In this document: piece after piece, positions 9,490-20,217 of the stretch
Layout of the letters: each line of letters opens with the position of its first letter
Numbering within the stretch: the first letter of the stretch is position 1
NCBI GenBank assembly: GCA_963805625.1
Contig: CAWDVE010000019.1
Span: forward strand, 1 to 64,000
Length of the DNA: 64,000 bases
Source of the DNA: an uncultured Candidatus Rokubacteria bacterium
GTDB lineage: Bacteria; Methylomirabilota; Methylomirabilia; Rokubacteriales; DASRDR01
Direction of reading: 5' to 3'
Made by a program: the position numbers and the translations under genes
The notes under the pieces: generated by a model
What the model was told of the DNA's origin: nothing
Seen by the model: only the letters and a program-made list of their open reading frames with translations
Databases searched by the model: none

Positions 9490-10701
9490 ATGACCCAACG
9501 ACCCATCTCGTCGCGCGTCGAGGCCTTCGCGCGGGCCACGGCGCCGTTCATGCGCTTCTTCTCGGAATCCCCCTACGCGCGGAAGGCGGGCAAGCCCGGC
9601 GTCAATGACTTTGCCGTCGGCAACCCACACGAGCTGGCGCTGCCGGGGATCGTTACCGCGCTCCAGAAGTGGGCCGTGCCGCAGAACGAGCGCTGGTTCG
9701 CGTACAAGATCAGCGAGCCCGAGCCGCAGGAGGTCGTCGCGGCATCGCTCAGGAAGTGGCGCGGAATCCCGTTCGAGCCAGCGGACATCGCGCTCACCAT
9801 CGCTGGTTTCGCGGCGATCGCGGCCGGACTCAAGGCCGTGACCGAGCCGGGTGACGAAGCGATCTTCAGCCGCCCGCCGTGGTTCTTTTACGAGGTGCTC
9901 TGTGTCGAGGCCGGGATCACGCCCGTGAAGGTGAACACCGTGCCCGTGACTTTCGACCTCGATCTCGACGCGATCTCCGCCGCGATCACGCCCCGGACGC
10001 GGGTCGTCATCGTCAACACGCCGAACAATCCGACCGGGCGGATCTACCCGCCCGAGACACTGAGGGGCCTCGCGCGGTTGCTTGAAGACGCCTCGCGCAA
10101 GAACGGGCGTGCGATCTACATCCTGTCCGACGAGCCGTACAGCCGGATCGTGTTCGATGGCCACCCGTTCCACAGTCCAACCGCGTACTACCCGAACACG
10201 CTACTCGCCTACAGCTACGGCAAGGTGTTGCTGTCGCCCGGGCAACGGATCGGCTTCCTTGCGCTGCCGCCCACCATGCCCAACCGCGAGGAGATGCGCC
10301 GGAACATCATGCTCACGCAGCTCGCCAGCGCCGGATTGTGGCCGAACGCGCTGCTCCAGCATGCGCTCGCCGACCTCGACGTGCTGTCGATCGACATCGC
10401 GCACCTCCAGCGCAAGCGCGACCGCATGGTCGAGGCGCTGCGCGGCATGGGCTACGAGGTCCATGTGCCCGAGGGCACATTCTACCTGCTGCCCAAGTCA
10501 CCGTGGGCCGACGACGAGGCGTTCTGCGAGGTGCTGGGCGAGCACGACATCCTCGTGTTGCCCGGCACGGTGAGCGAGATCCCAGGCTACTTCCGGATCT
10601 CGCTCACGGCGAACGACGAGATGATCGACCGTGGGCTGCCCGGCTTCGCGAAGGCGATGGAGCACGCGAAGGCGCACGAGCCCCGAGTTGTCGAGAGGTA
10701 G
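9490..10701 (+). CDS. Class I/II PLP aminotransferase
   Basis: VGNP, NTPNNPTG, SDEPY, SYGK..SPGQRIG, YFRIS. Confidence 0.93.
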   Translation: MTQRPISSRVEAFARATAPFMRFFSESPYARKAGKPGVNDFAVGNPHELALPGIVTALQKWAVPQNERWFAYKISEPEPQEVVAASLRKWRGIPFEPADIALTIAGFAAIAAGLKAVTEPGDEAIFSRPPWFFYEVLCVEAGITPVKVNTVPVTFDLDLDAISAAITPRTRVVIVNTPNNPTGRIYPPETLRGLARLLEDASRKNGRAIYILSDEPYSRIVFDGHPFHSPTAYYPNTLLAYSYGKVLLSPGQRIGFLALPPTMPNREEMRRNIMLTQLASAGLWPNALLQHALADLDVLSIDIAHLQRKRDRMVEALRGMGYEVHVPEGTFYLLPKSPWADDEAFCEVLGEHDILVLPGTVSEIPGYFRISLTANDEMIDRGLPGFAKAMEHAKAHEPRVVER

Positions 10702-10814
10702 AGATCTTGAGGCTGTGATGACCGGCGTGATGACTCTGATTTCAAAGACCTGCACGGTCCACTCATTCGATTCTCAAGTAACTAGGCCCAGCCAGCGCGG
10801 TCATTCTGGAAGGG

Positions 10815-10983
10815 CGCAGGAGGTGGAAGAAGAAGAGGACGAGCACCTCTATCACACCACCGGCTGGACTCGCGAGCTGTGGATTGAGACCCTGGGCATG
10901 CCCGCCGTCCCGAGGAGGAGAAGGAAGTGAAGATGGCGATCGGGGCCGCCCGCGCGAAAATGGCCCGCAAGGATCTCCTGTAG
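10815..10983 (+). pseudogene. C-terminal remnant of a ferritin-like hypothetical protein
   Basis: EEEEDEHLYHTTGWTRELWIE, then frameshifted AIGAARAKMARKDLL*. Confidence 0.45.
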
Positions 10984-11204
10984 GCCGGCCATGGCTCAGA
11001 AGCGCACGACCTCAGGAGCCGGGCCGGCGCCAAGCTCTACGCGAAGCGGTCGACGACGGGACAGTTCACCGACATCCAGACGTACAAACGAGCTCACGGC
11101 AGCGACGTCAAGCGGCGCGCCGCGACCGAGGGCGCCGGGCGGACGGCCAAGCCGCGCAGGGCCGCCGCTCCGACTGCCGCGCCTAAAAAGTGAGAGCGCT
11201 GGCC

Positions 11205-11865
11205 ACGCTCCGTCCGTTGCTCGACTGCCACGTGAACGGCCATACGACCGGGCAGTTCCACCTGACGCCGGACGGCCGACCGCAGCAGCGCCGCTTCCCG
11301 CTCGACACGACGAGCCTCCGAGGGGTCTTCCACCAGCAGATCCACGGCTCGAAGCGGAGCCTCCGGTCGGTCGAGGACTTCACCGAGTTCGAGCAGCGAA
11401 CCGCGTACTTCAACGGCGATCCGATCCGGGCGATGAAGAAGGGCATGAACATTCTCGATCGGATTCCCGTGAGCCACATGGCGCAGCTCCAGAACATGCT
11501 CGACTTCCCTCCGGCGCCCAAGCTCGACACCGAGGGGCGCCTGATCGCCGCGGCGGCCACCGAGAGCGAGCGTCGCGGGGAAGCCGTCTTCTTAGGGCAA
11601 GAGCCGGTGCGGCGCGTGCCACCCGGCGCCGTTCTACCTCGACCAGCAGATGCACGACCTGCGTGTCGAGCGGTTCGTGGACGAGCCGCCCCGCGGGCCG
11701 ATCCAGACCTTTACCCTGCGCGGAATCAAAGACAGCCCGCCCTACCTCCACGACGGCCGGCTGCTCACGCTCGAGGACACGGTGGAGTTCTTCAACCTGG
11801 TCCTCGGCCTGACGCTCAGTGGCCAGGATAAGGCCGATCTCGTGGCCTTCATGCGCCAGCTCTAG
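11205..11865 (+). pseudogene. Di-heme cytochrome c peroxidase-like remnant
   Basis: Broken CxDCH near 11218; CGACH near 11608 in a different frame; TLRGIKDSPPYLHDGRLLTLED. 5' part missing, at least two frameshifts. Confidence 0.75.
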
Positions 11866-11986
11866 GGCCGGCCCGATCCCCGCGACGGTCTTGGCCAGGC
11901 AGTGCCTGCGCGGCGTCGGCGCGTTCCGTCTTGTGGTGGCGGGTCTTCACGGGCGACTGCCCACCCCTCGACGGTGAGGTGAGCTG

Positions 11987-12247
11987 ATGGTGTCGTTCGG
12001 CTTCGCGCGGCTTCCTCTCTCTTGGCGCGAGCTCCTCATGCGGACCGTCAAGGAGTTCGTGGCGGACAACGGCCCCGGGCTCGCGGCGCAGCTCGCCTAT
12101 TACTTCTTCTTCTCGCTCTTTCCGGCGGTCCTGGTCGGGATCGCCTTCGCGAGCTTCTTCCCGCTCGAACACTTCGTCGACTGGATGGTCGGCGCGCTCG
12201 GCGGCCTCGTCCCCGGCGACATCATCACGATCCTCCAGGATCAGATC
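11987..12247 (+). pseudogene. YihY/BrkB membrane protein N-terminal remnant
   Basis: GLAAQLAYYFFFSLFP motif; similarity ends after about 85 aa. Confidence 0.75.
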
Positions 12248-12249
12248 CG

Positions 12250-12497
12250 AACACACATCGCCGTTCGATGCGCTCGTGCTGGTCCTCGAAGGCACCCTTA
12301 CCCTGACGATCGACGGGACCGCGGTTCGCGCGACGCCGGGCACCATCGTGCGCATGCCGGCCGACGTGGTACATGCGGTCGATGCGCCGGAGGCCGCCCG
12401 GATGTTCCTCATCATGCTGCGGGACCACACGGCAGGGGGGCGTAGGGGCAGGACGGCAGCGCTCGCCAGCCGGTGGGCTCAGAGGCGGAGCGAATGA
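12250..12497 (+). pseudogene. Cupin C-terminal remnant
   Basis: HTSPFDALVLVLEG...MPADVVHAV; no start codon. Confidence 0.65.
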
Positions 12498-12610
12498 CCA
12501 TTGAGCTAGCCCTGATCCGGGCGTAGCCGGGAGGTATGCATGCCGTTAGGTGCGAGCACCTCCTGCGTTCCACTTGAGGCTGGGACTGCTCATCACGGAG
12601 TCCGCAAGGG

Positions 12611-13876
12611 ATGAACCCGCCTCTCTGGGCTTGGCTGTCACTGGGCGTCGTCGTCCTGCTGCTGATTGCCGTGATCTGGTCGATCCGCAGTCACCGCGAC
12701 CCCATCCTGAAGATCCATAGCGCGTCGGCCATCGATGAGCTGATTCCCACGCTCGCCGGGCTGACGCTCAGCACGCCTCTGGCCGGCAATTCGGTCGAGG
12801 TGCTCGAGAACGGCGCGTACTTTGATGTCCTGCTCGAGCGCATCCGCTGCGCCGACAGGTCCGTGCATTTCGAGACCTTTCTGTGGAAGGAAGGCGTACT
12901 GGGTCGCCGTCTGGCGGACGCGCTCTCCGAGCGGGCTCGCGCGGGCAAGCAGGTGCGCGTGCTGCTGGACGCCAACGGCTCGCGCGGCGTGAGCCAGGCC
13001 ACCCGGCGACAGCTGCGCGAGGCGGGATGCACACTCGTGTTCTTTCACGACGGGGCGTTTCGCAACATCGGCGTGCTCACTGACCGCGACCACCGCAAGC
13101 TCGTCGTCATCGACGGTCGCGAGGCCTTTGTCGGCGGCCATTGCATCGTGGACACGTGGCAGGGCGACGCGGAAGACCACCAACACAACGCCGACGTCAG
13201 CCTGTGGCTGCACGGCCCTATCGTGCACAGCGTGCAGGCGGCGTTCAGCGAAAACTGGGTGGGGGAGACCGGTGAGCTGTTTGGCGGCGACGACGTCTTC
13301 CCCGCACTGGAACCGGCGGGCGACGTGCTGGTCCACGCTGCCTACCTGAAGCCCGAGCGCTCGGCCCCTGCCGTGAAGATCCTGCACCACACCGCCATCT
13401 GCCTGGCGCGCCAGCGCATCTGGATCCAGAATCCCTATTTCATCCCCGAGCCAGCGGCGATCGATGCGTTCGGCGAAGCGGTGGCCCGCGGCGTGGATGT
13501 CCGCGTCCTGATGCCCTCGGCCAGTGGCTCCGACAACCCGATCGTGCAGCATGCCGGGCACCGGAACTTCGAGAAGCTGCTGCGCTGCGGGGTGCGGCTG
13601 TTCGAGTATCCGTACACGCTGCTGCACCAGAAGGTGATGACCATCGACGGCGTGTGGAGCGCGGTGGGCTCCAGCAACTTCGACGACCGGTCATTCGAAA
13701 CTAACGACGAGATCACGCTCGGCCTTCTCGACGCCGCGCTCGCGCAGAAGCTCGACGCCATCTTTGAGAAGTACGTGCGGCGAGCCGAGGAAGTGCACCT
13801 GGAGCGGTGGCGCCAGCGCGGGCTGTGGCACAAACTGAAGGACAACACCGTCTACCTGATCAACGAGCTGCTCTGA
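12611..13876 (+). CDS. cls: Cardiolipin synthase (phospholipase D family)
   Basis: Two HKD motifs (HRKLVVID, HQKVMTID), NPYFIP, GSSNFDDRS, and an N-terminal TM helix. Confidence 0.92.
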   Translation: MNPPLWAWLSLGVVVLLLIAVIWSIRSHRDPILKIHSASAIDELIPTLAGLTLSTPLAGNSVEVLENGAYFDVLLERIRCADRSVHFETFLWKEGVLGRRLADALSERARAGKQVRVLLDANGSRGVSQATRRQLREAGCTLVFFHDGAFRNIGVLTDRDHRKLVVIDGREAFVGGHCIVDTWQGDAEDHQHNADVSLWLHGPIVHSVQAAFSENWVGETGELFGGDDVFPALEPAGDVLVHAAYLKPERSAPAVKILHHTAICLARQRIWIQNPYFIPEPAAIDAFGEAVARGVDVRVLMPSASGSDNPIVQHAGHRNFEKLLRCGVRLFEYPYTLLHQKVMTIDGVWSAVGSSNFDDRSFETNDEITLGLLDAALAQKLDAIFEKYVRRAEEVHLERWRQRGLWHKLKDNTVYLINELL

Positions 13877-14535
13877 CTCACCGAGTATCCGGGACGAGTG
13901 CCTTCTACGTGCCCCATCCGCCCGGCTCGTCAATGGGTGTCTTTTGGAGCCAAGGCCCCGTGCGCGACCGGCCGGTCTACCGACGGCGAACCAAGATGAT
14001 CATCCCGCACCTTCTCTAAACCCTGCCCACGACGCGTCGACCATCACTACCTCATGCCGAAGAATTCGGAGGCGTTGAGCCGTCCAGGCCCAATCCCCAT
14101 CGGGCGGCAGCTGTGCGGGGCATGAACGGAAGAGCTGCAAAGACGCATACCAAGTTGCTGGCGGCGTCAGCAGGAATGTCTTTTGCATGGCCCCGCAACC
14201 AAATCTAAAAACGCCACGGTCTCGCTCGAGCCGCGGCGTCTTGATTCGCGCGTGTCACGCGGAGCAGGAAGTCGGGGATCCTGTCAGTCGCCCGGAGAGA
14301 AGCGGATCCCGATCGAGGGGCTGGAGGCCGAACGTCTGGGCGAGTTCCCGCGCGCGAGCGCGATGCTTCGGCGATACGCTGGGCGGCGCGAGCGTGAGAG
14401 GGCCCACCGCCGCGCTCGCTTGGGCTGGTGGCGGTCGAAGTAGTGGTTGGTGAATACGTGATAGGTGGTCTGAAGCGTGAGGAGATGGTAAGACATCTAC
14501 TAGGCGTGCTGACGCAGATGAAAAGGAGATCAGGT

Positions 14536-14997
14536 ATGGCCGAAGCCAAGCTCGCCCCGAATCTTCCGGATTGGATGGTGGAACACGCCAACCGCTATCT
14601 TTCGAGCGGCGGCACCGACGGGCACATGTACAAGATGACACAGCCTGGTCGGCCGGAGATGACCGTTCCGTCGTTGCTGCTGACGACGAAAGGGCGGAAG
14701 TCAGGAGAGAAGTTCGTATTTCCGCTGTTCTATGGGAAGGCAGGCGACAGCTATTTCGTGGTCGCCTCCAAAGGCGGCGCACCGCAACATCCCGGATGGT
14801 ACCGCAACATCCTGGCTGACCCCGTGGTCGAGGTTCAGGTCGGGACCAAGAAGATTCACGCGCGGGCGCGGACCGCCACGGGCGTGGAACGGACGCGGCT
14901 ATGGGACGAGGCGCTGAGATTCTGGCCACCCTATGCCGATTATCAGCGCAAGACCGAGCGTGAGATCCCCGTGGTTGTGTTGGATCCCGTTCGTTAG
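14536..14997 (+). CDS. Deazaflavin (F420)-dependent nitroreductase family protein
   Basis: LLLTTKGRKSG, VASKGGAPQHPGWYRN, YQRKTEREIPVVVL; AGGAG RBS. Confidence 0.92.
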   Translation: MAEAKLAPNLPDWMVEHANRYLSSGGTDGHMYKMTQPGRPEMTVPSLLLTTKGRKSGEKFVFPLFYGKAGDSYFVVASKGGAPQHPGWYRNILADPVVEVQVGTKKIHARARTATGVERTRLWDEALRFWPPYADYQRKTEREIPVVVLDPVR

Positions 14998-15243
14998 GAG
15001 CCGAGGCGGGACCGGGTCCTGAGCGCGGAAGAAGATCAGCGGGTCGCCGTCCGGCGGGCGGCGACCCATTGCGAAGAGCCAATACCGTGCGTGCGGTATC
15101 TCCGTGGCGCTCGGCTTGGCTGGGAAGCCGCCTAGCCGTTCCGGCCGGGTCCCCTATCGTATTTGGCCGCGCAGGCAAGATGGCCACGCGCGCAGAAGAA
15201 CGTCGATCTACGCCTTGGCGCGCCTCCCGGCCAGGAGACCGAC

Positions 15244-16335
15244 TCAGTCGACGACGCGCTTCCGGCCCTCCTGCCAGCGGACGAGACGGATCCCGTGCCC
15301 CACTTGCCCTCCCGTCCACGGGTCGAGCCGAAAGCCGCCGTAGAAGGTCGTGGTCTCGAGCGCGCGAGCGGCGCCAAGGAGTGCGGCTTCGTCGAGACTC
15401 CCGCCGCAGCGTCGACGGCACTCCATGAGGATCAAGCCGATGGCAAACGCCTGGGCAGCGGGATACTCGGGCGGTCGATGAAAGGCCTCTTCGAAGGCGG
15501 CAATGAACGAGGCCGAGTCGGGCCCCAGGAGGGACGTGTCACCGACCGCCGGCTCCCACTGGCTCGGTCCGATGATGCCCTCGGCGAGGGCGCCCAGCTC
15601 GTCGCCGAACGCGGCGAGGCCGGCGGCGACGAGAGCGAGTACAGTCCTCTCCGGAAGGGTGGCCCGCTCCCGCGCGACGGCGAGGTCCTCCTCGAACGTG
15701 CCGACGCTCATGACCAGATCCGGGTCCCACATGGCCGCCTTGCGGCAGAGTGCACTCGCGTCGAGGAGCGGCGACTCGAACGGCACGACCCGGACGTCGA
15801 CGCAGCCGGCCGCCCGCGCGCCTTCGGCGGCGCCGCGGGCGACCTCGCTGGCGAAGGTCCCGGACGCGGCGTGCAGAACCGTCACCCGATTCACCACCGG
15901 AACGCGGCGTCGCCCCCATGCGGGGAGCGACCGCAGGTAGTCGCTGGCTGGACTCGCCACGCTCACCACTCGCCGAGCTCCCGCCCGGAGAATGGCGTCC
16001 GACGTGCCGCCATGGTTCCACAGCACCTTCCCCGCAGCGTCCGCGATGGGGGCGACCGCGCGTACCAACCCGCTGGAGTAGGGCCCCACGAGCACGTCGA
16101 CCTGGTGCTCGGCTAGCAGGCGCCGCGCGTGGGCCCGTGCGACGCTCGCGCGACTCTCGTCGTCGAGGACAATCAAGCGCGGCACCGGTCGTTCTCCGGC
16201 ATCCCTTGCGTACTCGATCCAGAGCTGGAGTCCGTCGCGAGCCTGGTCCCCCTGCCGCCGGAAGCGCCCGCTCAGGGACAGGGACGTGCCGACCAGCATC
16301 GCGTCACGCGCCGGGGGCCCGCGCGCCCCGCTCAT
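15244..16335 (-). CDS. Branched-chain amino acid-type ABC substrate-binding protein (orphan)
   Basis: GTSLSLSGRF, LDDES, VGPYSSGL, GPSQWEP, TTFYGGF; no clear signal peptide. Confidence 0.8.
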   Translation of the reverse strand: MSGARGPPARDAMLVGTSLSLSGRFRRQGDQARDGLQLWIEYARDAGERPVPRLIVLDDESRASVARAHARRLLAEHQVDVLVGPYSSGLVRAVAPIADAAGKVLWNHGGTSDAILRAGARRVVSVASPASDYLRSLPAWGRRRVPVVNRVTVLHAASGTFASEVARGAAEGARAAGCVDVRVVPFESPLLDASALCRKAAMWDPDLVMSVGTFEEDLAVARERATLPERTVLALVAAGLAAFGDELGALAEGIIGPSQWEPAVGDTSLLGPDSASFIAAFEEAFHRPPEYPAAQAFAIGLILMECRRRCGGSLDEAALLGAARALETTTFYGGFRLDPWTGGQVGHGIRLVRWQEGRKRVVD

Positions 16336-16425
16336 TCCACGAGCTCGTCGCGCACCCGTGCGACTCGGTCTGCGTGCCGGCTCCGGACGGGCTTGTCGTC
16401 GGGATCAAGCACGAGGTCGTTCCTA

Positions 16426-16842
16426 CTACCCGGCCTTCCACTCCCACGCTCGAACCTTGGCGTTGCCCTGGGCATCCGTCTCGTGCTCGACCATGCCCAC
16501 GATCCCGTTCAGGCGCGCTAGTTTCTTGGAATTGGTCTGGTAGGTGCACGCGGCCGACCACTTCATGCCCGTGCCCTGCCCGGTCGGTGTTCCGACCCCC
16601 ATCCCGTTCCAGATGACTCCCTCGCCATCCTCCGTCTCGAAGATGCCCTGACCCTCACCGTAGACCTGGCCGGGAATTCGCTCGTACGCCACGTACGTCC
16701 CGGTGTCGATCCCCTTCCGGCCGAGGTACGTCGCCTGTGTCTGGATTGTGATCTCCATCTTGACGTACCGCCCACCCTCGGCCGGCAGGACACGCGTCCC
16801 GATCACCTTGCCCGATCCCTCGCCGATCTTGTCGCCCATCAT
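16426..16842 (-). CDS. Hypothetical beta-rich protein
   Basis: 138 aa, MGDKIGEGSGKVIGTRVL...YGEGQG...WEWK; GGAGG RBS. Confidence 0.75.
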   Translation of the reverse strand: MMGDKIGEGSGKVIGTRVLPAEGGRYVKMEITIQTQATYLGRKGIDTGTYVAYERIPGQVYGEGQGIFETEDGEGVIWNGMGVGTPTGQGTGMKWSAACTYQTNSKKLARLNGIVGMVEHETDAQGNAKVRAWEWKAG

Positions 16843-17359
16843 CGAGCTGCCCTCCAGTGTCTCTGGATAGTCGTTCGCCGCCCACGGTCCACGCCACGCC
16901 GCTGACCGTGGAGCGACCACCAGCGGACAGGATAACGCGATGCGCTTATCGCTGCTATCCGCGAAGAGCGCGACGACGCCCGCCACCGGACGCGCCTTGA
17001 CAGCTGCCCTTCCGGACAGTAGAAGTACGGCCATGCCGATGCCCGGGCACGGTCTTGCGCGCGGGTGCGAACGGTCGCAGCCGGGAGCTGCGCACGCGCG
17101 ACGATCGGAAGGGCGCCGGGTCGTTCAGCCGCATCGGCCCGGAACACCGGGTCCCGCCCGACCGTCCGCTGCGCCGGTCCGCGAGGTGGTGGAACACGAC
17201 GAATCATCGAGCCGCCGGCGACCGGCTGGTGACCGGTCGGGGGTCGGAGCAGGCGGCCCCAGGACCGACCTCCCCGGGCCGGCTTCGAAGCGGCTCCGGG
17301 GTGGAATCGTCGATGACGGGCGTTGGATTCTCCGCATCCTGCGAGGGGGGCACACGTCG

Positions 17360-18436
17360 ATGGGTAAGCTCCGCGTATCGCGATTCCCGGCACCGGTCGT
17401 CTGCGTGCTGGCGACGCTGGCGCTGACGGCGCTTGGCTTCACGCCTCTGCTCGCCGGGATCGCCCGTGCGGACATGAAGGCCCTGGAGGAGGCGGCCCGG
17501 AAGGAAGGGCCGATGACGTGGTACATCAGCTTCTACGGTCAGGAGCCGGCCGACAAGGTGGCGGCCGCATTCGCGCAGAAGTATCCTGGTCTCAAGGTCA
17601 TTCCGATCCGCACGACGACGGGTGCGGCCTTCCAGCGCCTGCAGCTGGATTTCAAGAACAACGTGCCGGTCGCGAGCGTGGTCTCGCTCAGCGCCGTCGG
17701 CGGCTATTACGACATCCTCCTACGCGAGGGGCGGATCGGCGAGTACGTCCCGGAGAATGCGGACAAGCTCAGTCCCGCGCTGAAGCCGGCCATCGTTCCG
17801 AAGCTCCTGTATCCGATCGGCGCCAGCTTGATGGCGATGGCCTACAACACGACGAAGGTGAAGCCGGCCGACGCGCCGAAGACCTGGAAGGACCTGGCCG
17901 ACCCGAAGTGGAAGGGCCAGCTGGCGCTGAGCCATCCCGCGTTCAGCGGCTTCGACGCGGCCTGGGTCGTGGTGATGGACAAGCAGGTCGGATGGTCCTA
18001 CTTCCAGGCTCTCGCCAAGAACATCCCGCTCGTTCAACGTTCGACGTTCGATGCGATCCGCGCACTGAATTCCGGCGAGCGCCTGGTCGCCACCATGCCG
18101 GACGGCATGGCGCAGGACAGCGCCGCCAAGGGCAACCCGATCGCGGTGGTCTATCCGACCGACGGATCGGTGCTGATCCTGGGGCTCACCGGCATCCTCA
18201 AGAGTGCCCCGCAGCCGAACATGGCGAGGCTGTTCACGGAATTCCTGCTCGGAACGGAGCACGCCAAGGTCGTGGCCGAGGCGCGTTACCATCCGGCGCG
18301 GCCGGAGGTGTCCATGCAGATGCCCGGCGGCCTGACATTGAAGGACATCACGCTCGCGCCCCTCGTCGAATCCTCCGAAGCCGAGAAGGCGCTGCCGAAG
18401 CTCGTCGAACAATGGCGTGACACCTTCGGCCAGTAG
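17360..18436 (+). CDS. Fe3+/polyamine-type ABC substrate-binding protein
   Basis: Signal peptide, AARKEG, AYNT, PKTWKDLADPKWKG, VYPTDG. Confidence 0.9.
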   Translation: MGKLRVSRFPAPVVCVLATLALTALGFTPLLAGIARADMKALEEAARKEGPMTWYISFYGQEPADKVAAAFAQKYPGLKVIPIRTTTGAAFQRLQLDFKNNVPVASVVSLSAVGGYYDILLREGRIGEYVPENADKLSPALKPAIVPKLLYPIGASLMAMAYNTTKVKPADAPKTWKDLADPKWKGQLALSHPAFSGFDAAWVVVMDKQVGWSYFQALAKNIPLVQRSTFDAIRALNSGERLVATMPDGMAQDSAAKGNPIAVVYPTDGSVLILGLTGILKSAPQPNMARLFTEFLLGTEHAKVVAEARYHPARPEVSMQMPGGLTLKDITLAPLVESSEAEKALPKLVEQWRDTFGQ

Positions 18437-18496
18437 CCGCATTCCCGCTGCCCTCGATACAGTCGCCGAACGGGGCGTGGCACGATGCGCTGAGAC

Positions 18497-20215
18497 ATGA
18501 CCGCCACGCTTGAGACGGCGGCGAGGCCTTCCCGGCGTGGTCGGTTCGATCCGACCAGGCTGGTGTGGTTGGGCGTCGCTGCCGTCCTGATCCTGCTGGT
18601 GGTCCATCCGCTGTTTCGCCTGGTGCAGACGAGCTTCGAGGACCCGGCGACCGGCGGCCTCACGCTCGCCAACTACGTCGAGGCATTCAGCCGGGCGCGC
18701 TATCTCGTCGGCTTCCGCAATTCGATCCTGCTCGGCGTCTGCGTCGCGCTGCTGGGTGTCGTCTTCGCCGTACCGATGGCCTGGGCGGTGTCGCGCACCG
18801 ACATGCCGGGCAAGCAGCTGGTCCGCGGTCTGGTGCTCGCGACCTTCATCACGCCGCCCTTTCTCGGCGCGACGAGCTGGATTCTGCTCGCCGGTCCGAA
18901 TGCCGGATGGCTGAACCGCCTGTACATGTCCGTGACCGGTGCCGGGTCCGGATTGCTCGACATCTACACCTTCTCCGGCCTCGTCTTCGTGCTGGCGATC
19001 TACTCCTTTCCGTACGTGTTCGTGTTCGTCTCCGCGGCCCTCGATCTGGTGTCGAGCGAGGCCGAGGACGCCGCCAGCATCCTCGGCGCCAGCCCGATCA
19101 TCACGACCATGCGGATCACGCTGCCGCTGGTGACGCCCGCCATCCTGGGCGCCTGCATCGTGACCTTTCTCGAGGCCATCGCGATCATCGGCTCGTCGGT
19201 CGTGATCGCGTTGCCGGCGCGAATCAACCTGATCACGCTGCAGCTCTGGCAGTTCTTCGGCTTTCCGCTCAAGATCGAGGTCGCGACCGCGTACGCCATG
19301 CCGCTCCTGCTGATCACCGCCGGCCTGTTCGGCCTGCAGCGCCTCGTCCTGCGGCGCAAGGGCTATGTCGTGCTCAGCGGGAAGGGCGGCGAGCGCCGTC
19401 CGATCGCGCTCGGCGGCTGGCAATGGGCGTTCCTCGGTTATTCGCTGCTCGTGGTGACGCTGTCGGTCGTGTTGCCGTACGCGGTGCTGGCCCAGGCGGC
19501 CTTTGCCAAGGCCTGGGCCCGGGGGGTCGGGCTGGACAATTTCACGCTGGCCAACATCCGTTACCTGCTGTTCGAGAACGCCGTCGCCAGGCAGGCGATG
19601 GTCAACACCTTCACCTACGCCATCGCGACGGCGACCCTCGCCGTGACGCTCGCGCTGCTCGTCGCCTACATGGCCGGCCGTCGCCTGGTACCGTTCGGCG
19701 AGGTGCTCGGCGTCCTGTGCTTCGCCCCGTTCGTCATCCCGGGGATCGTGCTCGCCATCGGCTTCTACGCGGCGTATGCGCCGCCGCCGTTCGCGCTGGC
19801 CGGTACGGCCGCCATCCTGATCATCGCATTCATCACGCGCTTCTTGCCGATCGCCTACGCGAATGCGTCGGCCGCCATTCGCGGCATCAACCCGGAGATG
19901 GAAGACGCGGTGCGGATCCTCGGTGGCGGGAGGCTCGTCGCGATCCAGCGCGTCGTCGCCCCGTTGTTGAAGCGTAATCTCGCGGGCGCGTGGCTGCTGG
20001 TCTTCATCCCGAGCACCCGCGAGGTGAGCTCGGCGTTGTTCCTGTATGGGCCGAACACGAAGACGATGTCGGTGCTCTTCTTCGACCTGACCGAGGGTGG
20101 CAACTTCGAGCGGCTGGCAGCGCTCGGTGTCATCCTGCTGGTCACCACGATGACCTTCGTCGTGGTCGGCCTCAAGCTCGTCGGCCGCGACTTCATGCTG
20201 CGCGAGAATGCCTGA
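18497..20215 (+). CDS. Iron(III)-type ABC permease (fused double domain)
   Basis: About 12 TM helices; two EAA-like loops (EDAASILGA, EDAVRILGG). Confidence 0.92.
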   Translation: MTATLETAARPSRRGRFDPTRLVWLGVAAVLILLVVHPLFRLVQTSFEDPATGGLTLANYVEAFSRARYLVGFRNSILLGVCVALLGVVFAVPMAWAVSRTDMPGKQLVRGLVLATFITPPFLGATSWILLAGPNAGWLNRLYMSVTGAGSGLLDIYTFSGLVFVLAIYSFPYVFVFVSAALDLVSSEAEDAASILGASPIITTMRITLPLVTPAILGACIVTFLEAIAIIGSSVVIALPARINLITLQLWQFFGFPLKIEVATAYAMPLLLITAGLFGLQRLVLRRKGYVVLSGKGGERRPIALGGWQWAFLGYSLLVVTLSVVLPYAVLAQAAFAKAWARGVGLDNFTLANIRYLLFENAVARQAMVNTFTYAIATATLAVTLALLVAYMAGRRLVPFGEVLGVLCFAPFVIPGIVLAIGFYAAYAPPPFALAGTAAILIIAFITRFLPIAYANASAAIRGINPEMEDAVRILGGGRLVAIQRVVAPLLKRNLAGAWLLVFIPSTREVSSALFLYGPNTKTMSVLFFDLTEGGNFERLAALGVILLVTTMTFVVVGLKLVGRDFMLRENA

Positions 20216-20217
20216 CG

